A DNA stretch of 64,000 bases, from sequence record MW822008.1; one strand, 5' to 3'. The notes below the pieces were generated by a model. The model made no database searches, was not told where the DNA came from, and was given only the letters and a program-made list of their open reading frames with translations. Positions 9,677 through 18,795 of the stretch are shown piece by piece. The position numbers and the translations under genes are program-made. Numbering within the stretch: position 1 is the first letter of the stretch; each line of letters opens with the position of its first letter.

Positions 9677-10055
9677 TGCGTCAAATGCACAAAGTAACCG
9701 AGCTAAACAAGCGTCTGATTAAACAATCAATGTTTGAGGATAAAGAGTCTTACTATAACTTCAAACGTGCTGTAGAGGCTGCTATCCACATTCAGAAGCT
9801 TAAAGATAGTGGATGTATTATTCTCGAAAATGGTTCTGACGTTGTTACTGATGACTTCAGTGTAGCGTTTGATGTTTCACCTGATGGTTCGCTATCAATG
9901 CCACGCTTAGGGACTGGTGACATGACTGTGTGGTAGGTTTCACTATGGGGAATGTACCAGGCACGGTGTATGTAGATGATGCTGAGTTGAAAGAAAGCTT
10001 CAAAAACTTATCGCATCTTGAACCACAATACGCACATGAAATGAATTTATTTTGA
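9676..10055 (+). pseudogene. hypothetical protein with probable frameshift at 9931-9936
   Basis: ORF stops at TAG 9934 but the -1 frame from 9933 stays open (VGFTMGNVPG...MNLF) to TGA 10053-10055. Confidence 0.5.
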
Positions 10056-10056
10056 G

Positions 10057-10114
10057 TTGACAAACTCATTCAGTACTGTATAATGTTTATCAAGGGGATG
10101 AACTTCTCATCCCC
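10057..10114 (+). promoter_or_regulatory. early sigma70 promoter with GGGG/CCCC leader hairpin
   Basis: TTGACA 10057, TATAAT 10079, GGGGATGA-acttc-TCATCCCC. Confidence 0.8.
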
Positions 10115-10131
10115 ACAATCGAGGAATTGTC

Positions 10132-10686
10132 ATGATTACTTTTAAGAAAACTGCTAACCACATCCATGAGATCTACATTAACGGTCACAAAGCTGGCCTT
10201 CTTCGTTTACTCGCCCATCATCCGAATATTACCGTATCTGATAATGAACCTAAAGATTGGCGTGTATTTTTCTTTGGAAAGTACAGTGATTTTCAAGTAT
10301 CAAACCTGAAGAACATTCGTTCAGTATGCACGTTAACTGAAATTAAAGAAAAGTTAACCAAAGCATTGAAAACTAATCCAGATAGTGTTCTTCCACCTGA
10401 TAACTTTGTAGAGAAAGGATATGCCTTAGCTCATTTCAAAGATGGTACTATTCAATCTATCAGTACTGAATATGAATATCAATGGACTGAGTACTTCACT
10501 TATGGATCGCGTAATACATTGATGGCTTCACGTAGTAAATTGGAAGAAGTACTGACTCGTATGAATGAACGCGAGCGTCAATTTTATGACAAACCAGAAA
10601 TGTGGAGTTCAACTTACATTGACCGTATTGACTATGTTATTATGACTCCAATCTTTGACACTGCTTACTATGATTCTTTGAAATAA
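10132..10686 (+). CDS. hypothetical protein
   Basis: GAGGA RBS, own promoter. Confidence 0.75.
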   Translation: MITFKKTANHIHEIYINGHKAGLLRLLAHHPNITVSDNEPKDWRVFFFGKYSDFQVSNLKNIRSVCTLTEIKEKLTKALKTNPDSVLPPDNFVEKGYALAHFKDGTIQSISTEYEYQWTEYFTYGSRNTLMASRSKLEEVLTRMNERERQFYDKPEMWSSTYIDRIDYVIMTPIFDTAYYDSLK

Positions 10687-10697
10687 GGATAACTTAT

Positions 10698-10874
10698 ATG
10701 AAACTACGTACTCGTAATCGACTGATGGATGCACTGTACCATGAACAGCTTTCACTGAATGAAGTGAAGCGTCAGTTAATGTACACATATCTGTTACCCG
10801 CTCGCATTGCAAAACAACGTGCTAAAGAATTGCTGAAAGAAGCAATCGAGTACTGGGAATCTGATTCGTACTAA
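10698..10874 (+). CDS. 58-aa hypothetical protein (not in ORF track)
   Basis: AAGGA RBS, MKLRTRNRLMDALY. Confidence 0.65.
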   Translation: MKLRTRNRLMDALYHEQLSLNEVKRQLMYTYLLPARIAKQRAKELLKEAIEYWESDSY

Positions 10875-10902
10875 TTGTCACGTTAATTAAGTGAGGCGAT
10901 AA

Positions 10903-11154
10903 ATGAAAATTTTATTAGTTCTAATACTACTAATTGTTTTACCATTTACGTTAGTATCTCCTGAACTTGCATGGAATGTGTTTGTGTACTTACTATGTAC
11001 TATTGTAGTAAATGGTATCTTGTTCTTAGTTCTATTCATAAATGGAATAGGACACGGTGGAGGATGGACCAGTACTGCTGATATTGTACATAAAACCACT
11101 ATGTCTTTATTTGTAGTGTGGAATTTATTCTGGACTTGGTTTGTGTTCTTCTAA
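10903..11154 (+). CDS. membrane protein
   Basis: hydrophobic, GAGG RBS. Confidence 0.7.
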   Translation: MKILLVLILLIVLPFTLVSPELAWNVFVYLLCTIVVNGILFLVLFINGIGHGGGWTSTADIVHKTTMSLFVVWNLFWTWFVFF

Positions 11155-11164
11155 TTAAAAAAAT

Positions 11165-11536
11165 ATGAATATAGATTTGAAAGGTGCAACACGAACTGTC
11201 ATACTCATTGGGGAATATGCTATCAAGATTCCAACCTTTAAAAGTTGGAAGCTATTCTTAACAGGGATGATAGCTAACCTCAATGAACGTTCGTGGATGC
11301 AGTACTCCAAGCGTAGTAATAGTGGTATCTGCCCTACGTTGTGGTCATCATGTACTGGACTAGTAACTGTACAGAAACGTTGTAAGCCAGTGCAACATAG
11401 GGGTTTATTTTGGCTGGAGTTGTGTGCTTTAGCATTGAATTCAGAGTTAAGTGCTGACTTCTTTTATTCAGATGCGAAGCCAGAAAACTTTGGGTATCTG
11501 TGTGGTAAGTTGGTTAAACTTGATTATGGAGATTAA
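11165..11536 (+). CDS. minimal protein-kinase-like protein
   Basis: KGATRTV, AIKIP, NLNE, SDAKPENFG, VKLDYG motifs. Confidence 0.65.
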   Translation: MNIDLKGATRTVILIGEYAIKIPTFKSWKLFLTGMIANLNERSWMQYSKRSNSGICPTLWSSCTGLVTVQKRCKPVQHRGLFWLELCALALNSELSADFFYSDAKPENFGYLCGKLVKLDYGD

Positions 11537-11537
11537 T

Positions 11538-11810
11538 ATGTACGCACTGTATAATAAAGAAAAGAAACGATTTGCTAAGGTTGAAATTTCGATTGATACA
11601 TTTGACATGTTGGAGTACTGTATTGTAACGGACTTATATGCTAACTTGTATTACGTTCTTGATGACGTATCAGTACTGCAACGATTGCTTGAGAATTCCA
11701 AAAGTCAATGCCAGGGCATCCATGATGGTTCATCTTATGAAACACCTGAGTGTTCCTACGGCTATCTGGACGGGTATGAGATTGTGAAGTTGGGTATTGT
11801 TGGATGCTGA
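11538..11810 (+). CDS. hypothetical protein
   Basis: GGAG RBS before ATG 11538; MYALYNKEKK, paralogue of 9419. Confidence 0.7.
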   Translation: MYALYNKEKKRFAKVEISIDTFDMLEYCIVTDLYANLYYVLDDVSVLQRLLENSKSQCQGIHDGSSYETPECSYGYLDGYEIVKLGIVGC

Positions 11811-11814
11811 AACA

Positions 11815-12084
11815 ATGACCAATGATGAATTCATGGAATTTATAAAAAATATACAAAGTTCAAAAACTGGAGAAGAAAAAGAAACATATAAATTTAAAAG
11901 TTCAATAATACTTATGAAAATGAAATTGATTTCTCATACTTTTAATGAGAAGTATGATTTTATCTTTGTGAACAGTGACTACAATGATTTAGTTTATAAT
12001 ATAAATGTTTTGTGGGAAGAAGAACTACAAAGCAAAATACATACAGTACGAAAACCATTAAAAAATCCTTTCAAAACGGGTTGA
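11815..12084 (+). CDS. hypothetical protein
   Basis: operon context; start uncertain. Confidence 0.55.
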   Translation: MTNDEFMEFIKNIQSSKTGEEKETYKFKSSIILMKMKLISHTFNEKYDFIFVNSDYNDLVYNINVLWEEELQSKIHTVRKPLKNPFKTG

Positions 12085-12110
12085 CTTCGGTCAGCCCTTT
12101 TTGCTATAAT
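12078..12110 (+). promoter_or_regulatory. fused terminator / sigma70 promoter
   Basis: 33 bp identical to 12661 and 15421. Confidence 0.85.
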
Positions 12111-12138
12111 CATTTCATCAAGACGAGAGGATGAATAC

Positions 12139-12654
12139 ATGACACGCATTAACTTAGTACACGTTAAAGAACTTGCTGACCAACATCTGATGGCTGAATA
12201 TCGTGAACTCCCACGTGTGTTTGGTGCTGTACAAAAACATGTTCAAGCACGTAAGCGAGTCCGTGATTTCAAAATTAACAGTACTTACCTGTTAGGTTCA
12301 GGTCATGTAACATTCTTCTACAACAAGTTATTGTACTTACAGAAGCGTCATATTGATATTGTTAACGAATGTTTGCGTCGTGGTATGAAGATTCAAAACA
12401 CTGAAGTAAACGACATTAGCGGATTCCCTGCTGAGTTTTGTAATGACTACGTACCATCGGAGTCAGAGATTAAAATGTCTCGTGAGCGTTTGATTGAGAA
12501 GATACAGATGAAGCCTATGTGGTATAAATTTACTGACGTTGAACGCCCACAGTACGTTAAAGATATGCAGGACGTAAGTGGTGATATAGAATCTAGTACT
12601 GATATGTTCGACGAAATTGAAGAACAAATCAAAGATGAAATGAATAATTATTAA
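12139..12654 (+). CDS. denV: pyrimidine dimer DNA glycosylase / endonuclease V
   Basis: MTRINLV...[17 protein letters not shown]...LG.GHV.FFYNKL.YL.KR, T4 DenV signature. Confidence 0.95.
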   Translation: MTRINLVHVKELADQHLMAEYRELPRVFGAVQKHVQARKRVRDFKINSTYLLGSGHVTFFYNKLLYLQKRHIDIVNECLRRGMKIQNTEVNDISGFPAEFCNDYVPSESEIKMSRERLIEKIQMKPMWYKFTDVERPQYVKDMQDVSGDIESSTDMFDEIEEQIKDEMNNY

Positions 12655-12660
12655 AGGAAA

Positions 12661-12693
12661 GGGTTGACTTCGGTCAGCCCTTTTTGCTATAAT
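12661..12693 (+). promoter_or_regulatory. fused terminator / sigma70 promoter
   Basis: GGGTTGACTTCGGTCAGCCCTTTTTGCTATAAT. Confidence 0.85.
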
Positions 12694-12719
12694 CATTTTA
12701 TCAACTTAAGAGGTAACAC

Positions 12720-12962
12720 ATGAAACTATCTTTTATACGATTAGCAGAATTCTTCGGTACTGATATCATTACTTTACAACAAATTGCAGACAATACTTCA
12801 TTAAGTACACAAGAAGTACTTGACTTAGATGTAATTCAGTGCGATAATACGTCCATCGATTACAAAGAAGGTCTTGTCGAAAAAGATAAGATTCAGGCTA
12901 AGATTAATGGTGCTGGACGGGTTCAGTACTGGAAAGGAGTTTTAAGTAATGTTAATTTATGA
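12720..12962 (+). CDS. hypothetical protein
   Basis: GAGGT RBS; overlaps endonuclease start. Confidence 0.65.
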   Translation: MKLSFIRLAEFFGTDIITLQQIADNTSLSTQEVLDLDVIQCDNTSIDYKEGLVEKDKIQAKINGAGRVQYWKGVLSNVNL

Positions 12963-14364
12963 CGAGCTTGGTGTTGGATACCATTTTACCGATGTTGTGC
13001 AATTGGAGGGTGAATATGTACGCGACGCACGAGAAGACACACCACTTGATAAAATAAAAACACTTAATTCACTAATAATAAAAAATATAATACACATTGA
13101 ATTATTACAAGGATTTGTCGTTGATGGCATAGATGAGTATAATAAAAAAAGATATTCTAAAAAATTTCGACAACCAAAATGTAATTTGAAAATAGCATTT
13201 TGGTATGATGGTTTATTGTTCATTCAAGGTTATAAACAATTTCTTTCCAACTTAAGTTCAGGAAACTATTGTCCGGGTGAAAAAATATATAATTTAGAAA
13301 AAACCATTTTATCTGCAAAAAATAAACTATCCGGTGGGTGTAGTATAATAACTGGGAATGGTGAGTGGCTGGGGAGAACAAATACTAAACTTTATGCACT
13401 CTGCACGAAAACCAATAAACCTTGGGAATTCACCATCGGTACACAATATTCTCAGAATTGTCCTGACTGTAAAAAAAGCAAAAAAACTAATAAAGACTTA
13501 GATGTGTTTTTTGAACAACAATGTATAAAATTAAATGCAAAATTTATTGGTATTTTCATGTATAATGGTGTAGATAATAGTATTGTCAAATCGGTATGTA
13601 ATTGTTGTGGTAATGAACGTATGGATTATGGAATAACGTTTCGTGCGGGCAGTAGAAAAAGTTTATGCCCACTTGAATCAAGCAGAGTAGAAAAAATAAA
13701 AAAATCCCAATACTTACAAAATGAAGTTTTGGAAGAAAAAATAAAAACTGCAATGAAAATCCATAATATAAGATTTGATGATTCTAACAAATTTGAACCT
13801 GAGAAATACGCAAATGTCAAAACTACTATTATAAATTATATTGATTCGAGTGGAACCCCTGGTAGTACATGTCTTTCAAATTTGATTTATAATACAGACA
13901 AACGAAGTATTGGTTCAAAAAACATGACTAATGGTGGTGAGTTGTATACAAATTCATTTGGAAATATGTACAAACTAGGTCACACGACAAAAACAAGTCG
14001 TAGGATATACGAACAAAATTTATCCTTCTCCAAAAAAAATATATTATGGAAAAATGAACTAATTTTAAAGTTTCCTGGTGAAAATGGGTATGGTCGAGCG
14101 ATTTATTTTGAAAAAACAATTTTAGATTATGTAAATAATATAATTGATTGGGTGAAAAACGTTCAAAAAACACCAATATTCGCCCGTGGTTGTGTTGACG
14201 AAGGTGATGGACATACTGAAACATTTTTAAAGATATATGAATCATATTTTAGATATAAATTGAATGAATTGTACTTGACATATAAAGATGAATGGGATAT
14301 AATTATTTTCAAAGATGAAAAGAATTTTATTTCTAATACAAGAGATACTAAAAATGACCAATGA
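12949..14364 (+). CDS. putative homing endonuclease, Zn-ribbon repeats plus C-terminal GIY-YIG/T5orf172-like domain
   Basis: CPDC and CNCC motifs; ELY...MYKLGHT..TSRRI.EQ. Confidence 0.6.
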   Translation: MLIYDELGVGYHFTDVVQLEGEYVRDAREDTPLDKIKTLNSLIIKNIIHIELLQGFVVDGIDEYNKKRYSKKFRQPKCNLKIAFWYDGLLFIQGYKQFLSNLSSGNYCPGEKIYNLEKTILSAKNKLSGGCSIITGNGEWLGRTNTKLYALCTKTNKPWEFTIGTQYSQNCPDCKKSKKTNKDLDVFFEQQCIKLNAKFIGIFMYNGVDNSIVKSVCNCCGNERMDYGITFRAGSRKSLCPLESSRVEKIKKSQYLQNEVLEEKIKTAMKIHNIRFDDSNKFEPEKYANVKTTIINYIDSSGTPGSTCLSNLIYNTDKRSIGSKNMTNGGELYTNSFGNMYKLGHTTKTSRRIYEQNLSFSKKNILWKNELILKFPGENGYGRAIYFEKTILDYVNNIIDWVKNVQKTPIFARGCVDEGDGHTETFLKIYESYFRYKLNELYLTYKDEWDIIIFKDEKNFISNTRDTKNDQ

Positions 14365-15412
14365 ACAAATTATTGATATTTTAAACAAACTTGGATATGA
14401 TGAAATAACAATTAATGTGGATAAATGTACATATGATGTATTTCATCCTAAAAGAAAAATAATTTATACTGGTATGGATTTAAATAAGATCAACTTTAAT
14501 ACAAAAGCAATAAAATTTCCACCGTTGGATTATAACACAATAAAATTAAGTTGTGAGAATATTTTCAAAGATAGTGAATGTAAATTTTGTTATTTGGAAT
14601 ATAATGAAAACAAACCAAATGACACAAAAGTTTTTTATTGTGCACCTAAAAGAAAAAAACCAACCAGTATATATTATAGACATTTGGTGAGTGGTGGTAT
14701 TCGTATTAATGTTGAATGGGATATTGAAGACATCTATGATAATGTCTTGATTAAAATAAAAGATATGGATGGTTTTGATATTGATCATGTTGAATATAAT
14801 GAAAAAGAAACTTCAAAAACTATAATTCATTTTAAACACCCAAATAGATTATTAACAGTTAAAAATGAATTTAGATATATAATGAGAGATAATTGGTCAT
14901 TAAAAGAACCGCAGATTTCATTAGACGAAATAAATGAGATTGGTAAGAAATTTTCAAAAGAACATCCAAAATATAAGTATCTTGGATGTAAAAGATTCAA
15001 AGGTTCAAAATCGATATTATCGTTTGTTAAAATCGATAATGGAAAAATTTGGAATCCATCATATGAATCAATAGTTTATAGTAATATTAACAGTGATGTT
15101 GGTGGATATATTGCAAATGATATAAAAAATTTATATATATTTAAAACTGATTCATTTGTTGGAACATTTATATGCAATGAAACAAAATTTAACTTTCATA
15201 AAAATGAAAGGGAGTTTTGGTTGGATGATGGGGAGATTGAGATAATTGGACAATTCAATGAACGATATTCTTTTTTAAAAGGTATTGTAGATACAGTTAA
15301 TAGTGAAATAGAAATAGATCATGATTTAGATATTGTTGGATATACGTGTATTAGGAAAATACATAATATTGAATATATACAACAACGTTGTTATGATTTA
15401 TTCAATTTATAA
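14354..15412 (+). CDS. putative degenerate homing-endonuclease-like protein
   Basis: repeated Y...TK..Y...HL..G units, weak GY...LYIFK C-domain; very AT-rich. Confidence 0.4.
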   Translation: MTNEQIIDILNKLGYDEITINVDKCTYDVFHPKRKIIYTGMDLNKINFNTKAIKFPPLDYNTIKLSCENIFKDSECKFCYLEYNENKPNDTKVFYCAPKRKKPTSIYYRHLVSGGIRINVEWDIEDIYDNVLIKIKDMDGFDIDHVEYNEKETSKTIIHFKHPNRLLTVKNEFRYIMRDNWSLKEPQISLDEINEIGKKFSKEHPKYKYLGCKRFKGSKSILSFVKIDNGKIWNPSYESIVYSNINSDVGGYIANDIKNLYIFKTDSFVGTFICNETKFNFHKNEREFWLDDGEIEIIGQFNERYSFLKGIVDTVNSEIEIDHDLDIVGYTCIRKIHNIEYIQQRCYDLFNL

Positions 15413-15420
15413 CAAAAAAA

Positions 15421-15453
15421 GGGTTGACTTCGGTCAGCCCTTTTTGCTATAAT
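15421..15453 (+). promoter_or_regulatory. fused terminator / sigma70 promoter
   Basis: 33 bp identical to 12661. Confidence 0.85.
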
Positions 15454-15481
15454 TATTTCATCAACTGATGAGGATAACGAA

Positions 15482-16252
15482 ATGACCAGAGAAGCACGTA
15501 GCATTCAAATTCAGAAAAACTTCAACTCCATGATGGTTGCTCTTGAGTGTTTGCTCGACGATAACAGTACTGTAAAAAGTATGGTTGTCAGCGGTGCACC
15601 TGGTGTTGGTAAGACTTACACCCTGTCACAACGCCTCCAGAAAGCTCATGACGCAGCAGAATGGAACGTAGCCACTATCAGTGGTAAAATGACTACTCTT
15701 GCTCTGTACGAAGTTCTGTACAAGAATCGTCATAGCACCAACGTATTAGTACTGGATGATATGGACAGCATCTTTGATTCAGAAGACGGTATGAACCTGC
15801 TCAAAGCAGTACTGGACAGCGGTAAACGTACTGTGTCTTACATGACTAGCTCTAAGTACTTAACTACCAACGGTATCCCTAACAGCTTTGATTTTAACGG
15901 TCGTATCGTATTCATTACTAACAAAGATTTAGCACTGAATGCTAAAGCTAAAACCAAAATGTCTGCTCACTATGCTGCTCTTATGTCTCGCTCTGTGTAT
16001 GTTGACTTACAGATCCAGACTAAAAGCGATATCATGATTCACATTGAAAACGTAATGAACAAGACCAATATCCTGTCAACTAAAGGTGTTAATAGTAATG
16101 GTAGCAAAGCAATCCTGAATTGGATGCTGAAACATGAAGATGCACTTCGTGCTCCTTCACTGCGTATGCCTCTGTTGATTTCAGCAGTATACAACAACAA
16201 CCCGTATGATTGGGAAGAGCAGTGCGAAAACTTGTTCCTTGAGAAAATTTAA
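15482..16252 (+). CDS. AAA+ family ATPase
   Basis: Walker A GAPGVGKT, Walker B LVLDDMD, sensor VFITN. Confidence 0.85.
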   Translation: MTREARSIQIQKNFNSMMVALECLLDDNSTVKSMVVSGAPGVGKTYTLSQRLQKAHDAAEWNVATISGKMTTLALYEVLYKNRHSTNVLVLDDMDSIFDSEDGMNLLKAVLDSGKRTVSYMTSSKYLTTNGIPNSFDFNGRIVFITNKDLALNAKAKTKMSAHYAALMSRSVYVDLQIQTKSDIMIHIENVMNKTNILSTKGVNSNGSKAILNWMLKHEDALRAPSLRMPLLISAVYNNNPYDWEEQCENLFLEKI

Positions 16253-16261
16253 TTACATGTA

Positions 16262-16290
16262 TTGACAGTACTACCATAGTGTAGTACTAT
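16262..16290 (+). promoter_or_regulatory. sigma70 promoter with paired AGTACT sites
   Basis: TTGACA-17-TACTAT. Confidence 0.7.
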
Positions 16291-16319
16291 AACTTAATAT
16301 TCACCACCGGAGATACGAT

Positions 16320-16658
16320 ATGCTTGAGTTTTTTAATTCAGATACAATGCTTAGTATTACTTTGATTTATCTGTTTGGTTTTTTCTTTTATCATGCACTA
16401 GTTGTAGTACTATGGTATTTTAAAAAGAAAATCGTTTTCAAACTGTATCCTGATGGAAACATTTCACTACTTCTTTTCACTATTATCCAAGGTATGTTTG
16501 CAATTGTTGGTCTTATCGCACACTTAATTTATTGTGCTAATCCACAGTTGAACTCAATATCACAATATATTGTATTCCTTGGATTACTAATTTGGGTGCT
16601 GATATACTTGTTTAATCTCATCATCAATGGTAGAGCAAAAATTCGTGGGGACTTCTAA
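16320..16658 (+). CDS. 3-TM membrane protein family member
   Basis: LWYFKKK..FKLYP. Confidence 0.75.
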   Translation: MLEFFNSDTMLSITLIYLFGFFFYHALVVVLWYFKKKIVFKLYPDGNISLLLFTIIQGMFAIVGLIAHLIYCANPQLNSISQYIVFLGLLIWVLIYLFNLIINGRAKIRGDF

Positions 16659-17005
16659 TGTTTGAATCTTATCTTGAGTTTTTAAAGAGTAGTTCTGTTG
16701 CACATTCAATTGCAGGGATTATTCTAACAGGTTATGTAACATTTTGGGTGGTTATGTTTCTAGGATGGTATTTTAAACGACAATTCTATAAGCGTAATGG
16801 TGAAGATTTTATGAATTCTGTTATTAATCAATCGTTGTTTGCATCAACATTGATAGCATGTATTGTAGCAACACTCACAGGAAAGGTACTGCCAGCATTC
16901 TCCGCAGTTTACGGTACATTGGGTATGATATGTGTAGTTTTTTACTTGACCATTAAACTTTGTTGTGTTATGATTGACCTTCGAAACAAGATACCGGAGG
17001 AATGA
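16658..17005 (+). CDS. 3-TM membrane protein family member
   Basis: GWYFKRQFY, LRNKIPEE. Confidence 0.75.
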   Translation: MFESYLEFLKSSSVAHSIAGIILTGYVTFWVVMFLGWYFKRQFYKRNGEDFMNSVINQSLFASTLIACIVATLTGKVLPAFSAVYGTLGMICVVFYLTIKLCCVMIDLRNKIPEE

Positions 17006-17340
17006 TGGAATATTTTTTACACTTACTGCCGTGGTATATGAAAGTTAGTACTATGTACTATATTCTTAGTGCTGGATTCTACTTTCTGATGTGGTTCTTC
17101 AAACGACCAATTTCAGTATTCATCTCTGATAACATGCTGCAATTAAAATTACACGCATGGTTTTTTATGGCGATGTTTATGCCTATTATTCACTACTCAA
17201 TGATTAGTAGAGGGTTCCGTTCCAATGGTGAACCAATTATATTAGTATTCTATTGGGGTTCAACTATTGCATATGTAAGTTTGTTGTTGATCCCAGCCGT
17301 TCATAAATTACGTGCTAAAGTTCCTGATGCGAGGTACTAA
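17002..17340 (+). CDS. 3-TM membrane protein family member
   Basis: MWFFKRP, LRAKVPD. Confidence 0.75.
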   Translation: MMEYFLHLLPWYMKVSTMYYILSAGFYFLMWFFKRPISVFISDNMLQLKLHAWFFMAMFMPIIHYSMISRGFRSNGEPIILVFYWGSTIAYVSLLLIPAVHKLRAKVPDARY

Positions 17341-17654
17341 TGGATATCGTAACATTGATTTACACGCTTTATTCATTCTATTTTATTATGTGTTGGGTTG
17401 GATTTTTATTTGTATTGAAGATGTTTGATTATGTTGAAAAACAGATAAAAGAATTTTGTATTCCTTTTATTGGGTCAACCATAATTAGTATTACTTGTTT
17501 GTATTATTTGGTATGTGATCCACCTGTTAATACAGCAATGATTGACTTCATGTTATTACCAACAACAGTTATTTTTTTATGTAGTCTGATGCCACCGATT
17601 AGTCGTGGGCTAACCGAATTTAGACGCAATCAAAAGCGTAAACGAGGGATGTGA
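17340..17654 (+). CDS. 3-TM membrane protein family member
   Basis: 3 TM, basic tail, coupled start. Confidence 0.7.
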   Translation: MDIVTLIYTLYSFYFIMCWVGFLFVLKMFDYVEKQIKEFCIPFIGSTIISITCLYYLVCDPPVNTAMIDFMLLPTTVIFLCSLMPPISRGLTEFRRNQKRKRGM

Positions 17655-18022
17655 TGGAAATTGCACTTATTATATTAACTGCTATGTTGTTTATTAGTAC
17701 AATTGTTATTATTGGCAAGTTCTTCTGTGTATCCTTCTTGGAAACCGTATACGATGAAATTGCTGATGATTATGAATTACATGCGGGATTTTTTACTACG
17801 TATTGGATTAGTTTATTACTACTTATCACTGTATGGATTTTACATATATTCAAATGGGGTATGGTAGATGGTGATCCAGTACTGGCAATTATCTGTGTAG
17901 TGTTTGGTCTACTCGGTGGTGCTGTCCATAATCTGATGGTAATTTGGCAAACCGTACAATATGTATTAGTTCCACATTTTCAGAGAATGCACCAAAGCAT
18001 CAAATACCGCAAACGAGGATAA
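17651..18022 (+). CDS. 3-TM membrane protein family member
   Basis: IGKFFC, basic tail. Confidence 0.7.
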   Translation: MMEIALIILTAMLFISTIVIIGKFFCVSFLETVYDEIADDYELHAGFFTTYWISLLLLITVWILHIFKWGMVDGDPVLAIICVVFGLLGGAVHNLMVIWQTVQYVLVPHFQRMHQSIKYRKRG

Positions 18023-18023
18023 C

Positions 18024-18386
18024 ATGAATAATATTGAATTATCTTTTATTGGTCAATTAATGGTAATGGCGTATACATTTATCTTCTCACTGAATGCATT
18101 CGTGTGCATTGGGAAGTACTTCCATAAGCGACCATTATCAAATATATATGATGTAATACAAAGGAGATATAGTCCAGCATATACTGTGTTGAGTACAGCA
18201 TTCAATTTTGGTTTTATTCTAATGCTGGTTGCATTATTAACATCGAGTTCGAATTTTATAACATTTGGTATTATGGTATGTTCACTAACACTGTGTGTGG
18301 TTATTCTCTGTGCATCAGTTGAGTTGATGGCGTGGATGTATAATAAGATTTCCGAAATCCATGAGCGTTTAGGTAAGAGGAACTAA
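18024..18386 (+). CDS. 3-TM membrane protein family member
   Basis: IGKYFHKRP. Confidence 0.7.
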   Translation: MNNIELSFIGQLMVMAYTFIFSLNAFVCIGKYFHKRPLSNIYDVIQRRYSPAYTVLSTAFNFGFILMLVALLTSSSNFITFGIMVCSLTLCVVILCASVELMAWMYNKISEIHERLGKRN

Positions 18387-18387
18387 A

Positions 18388-18759
18388 ATGAGTTATCGTG
18401 AAATATTTTCGATCATTACTATTATTGTGTTTAGTTTAGGTTCTTTGATTTGGTTATTGTATTACTTCTGTGTAACCCCAGTATATAATATGCTAAATTC
18501 AGTTCGCTCTGATGTTGGTATTGTTTCTTTTATTATCTTCATGGCATATTATATGCTAAGTATCACAGGTTTGGTTTTGGTTGTTATCTTTGACCTTGGA
18601 CCGAATCAAGATGGTATGGAGATGTGGGAATTGATAACGATGTTTGCATGTATGATACCTGCATTTGGTGTATGTGCTGGTGTATTTTATGGGTTGTGTA
18701 AAGGTGTAAACTACTTAAAAAATATCCACAATACTATTCGTAAAAAACGTATGTTGTAA
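18388..18759 (+). CDS. 3-TM membrane protein family member
   Basis: LYYFCVTP, basic tail. Confidence 0.7.
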   Translation: MSYREIFSIITIIVFSLGSLIWLLYYFCVTPVYNMLNSVRSDVGIVSFIIFMAYYMLSITGLVLVVIFDLGPNQDGMEMWELITMFACMIPAFGVCAGVFYGLCKGVNYLKNIHNTIRKKRML

Positions 18760-18765
18760 TAAAAA

Positions 18766-18790
18766 ATCCAGTACTATAATAGTACTGGAT
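18766..18790. terminator. bidirectional terminator between convergent blocks
   Basis: ATCCAGTACTA-TAA-TAGTACTGGAT. Confidence 0.75.
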
Positions 18791-18795
18791 TAATT

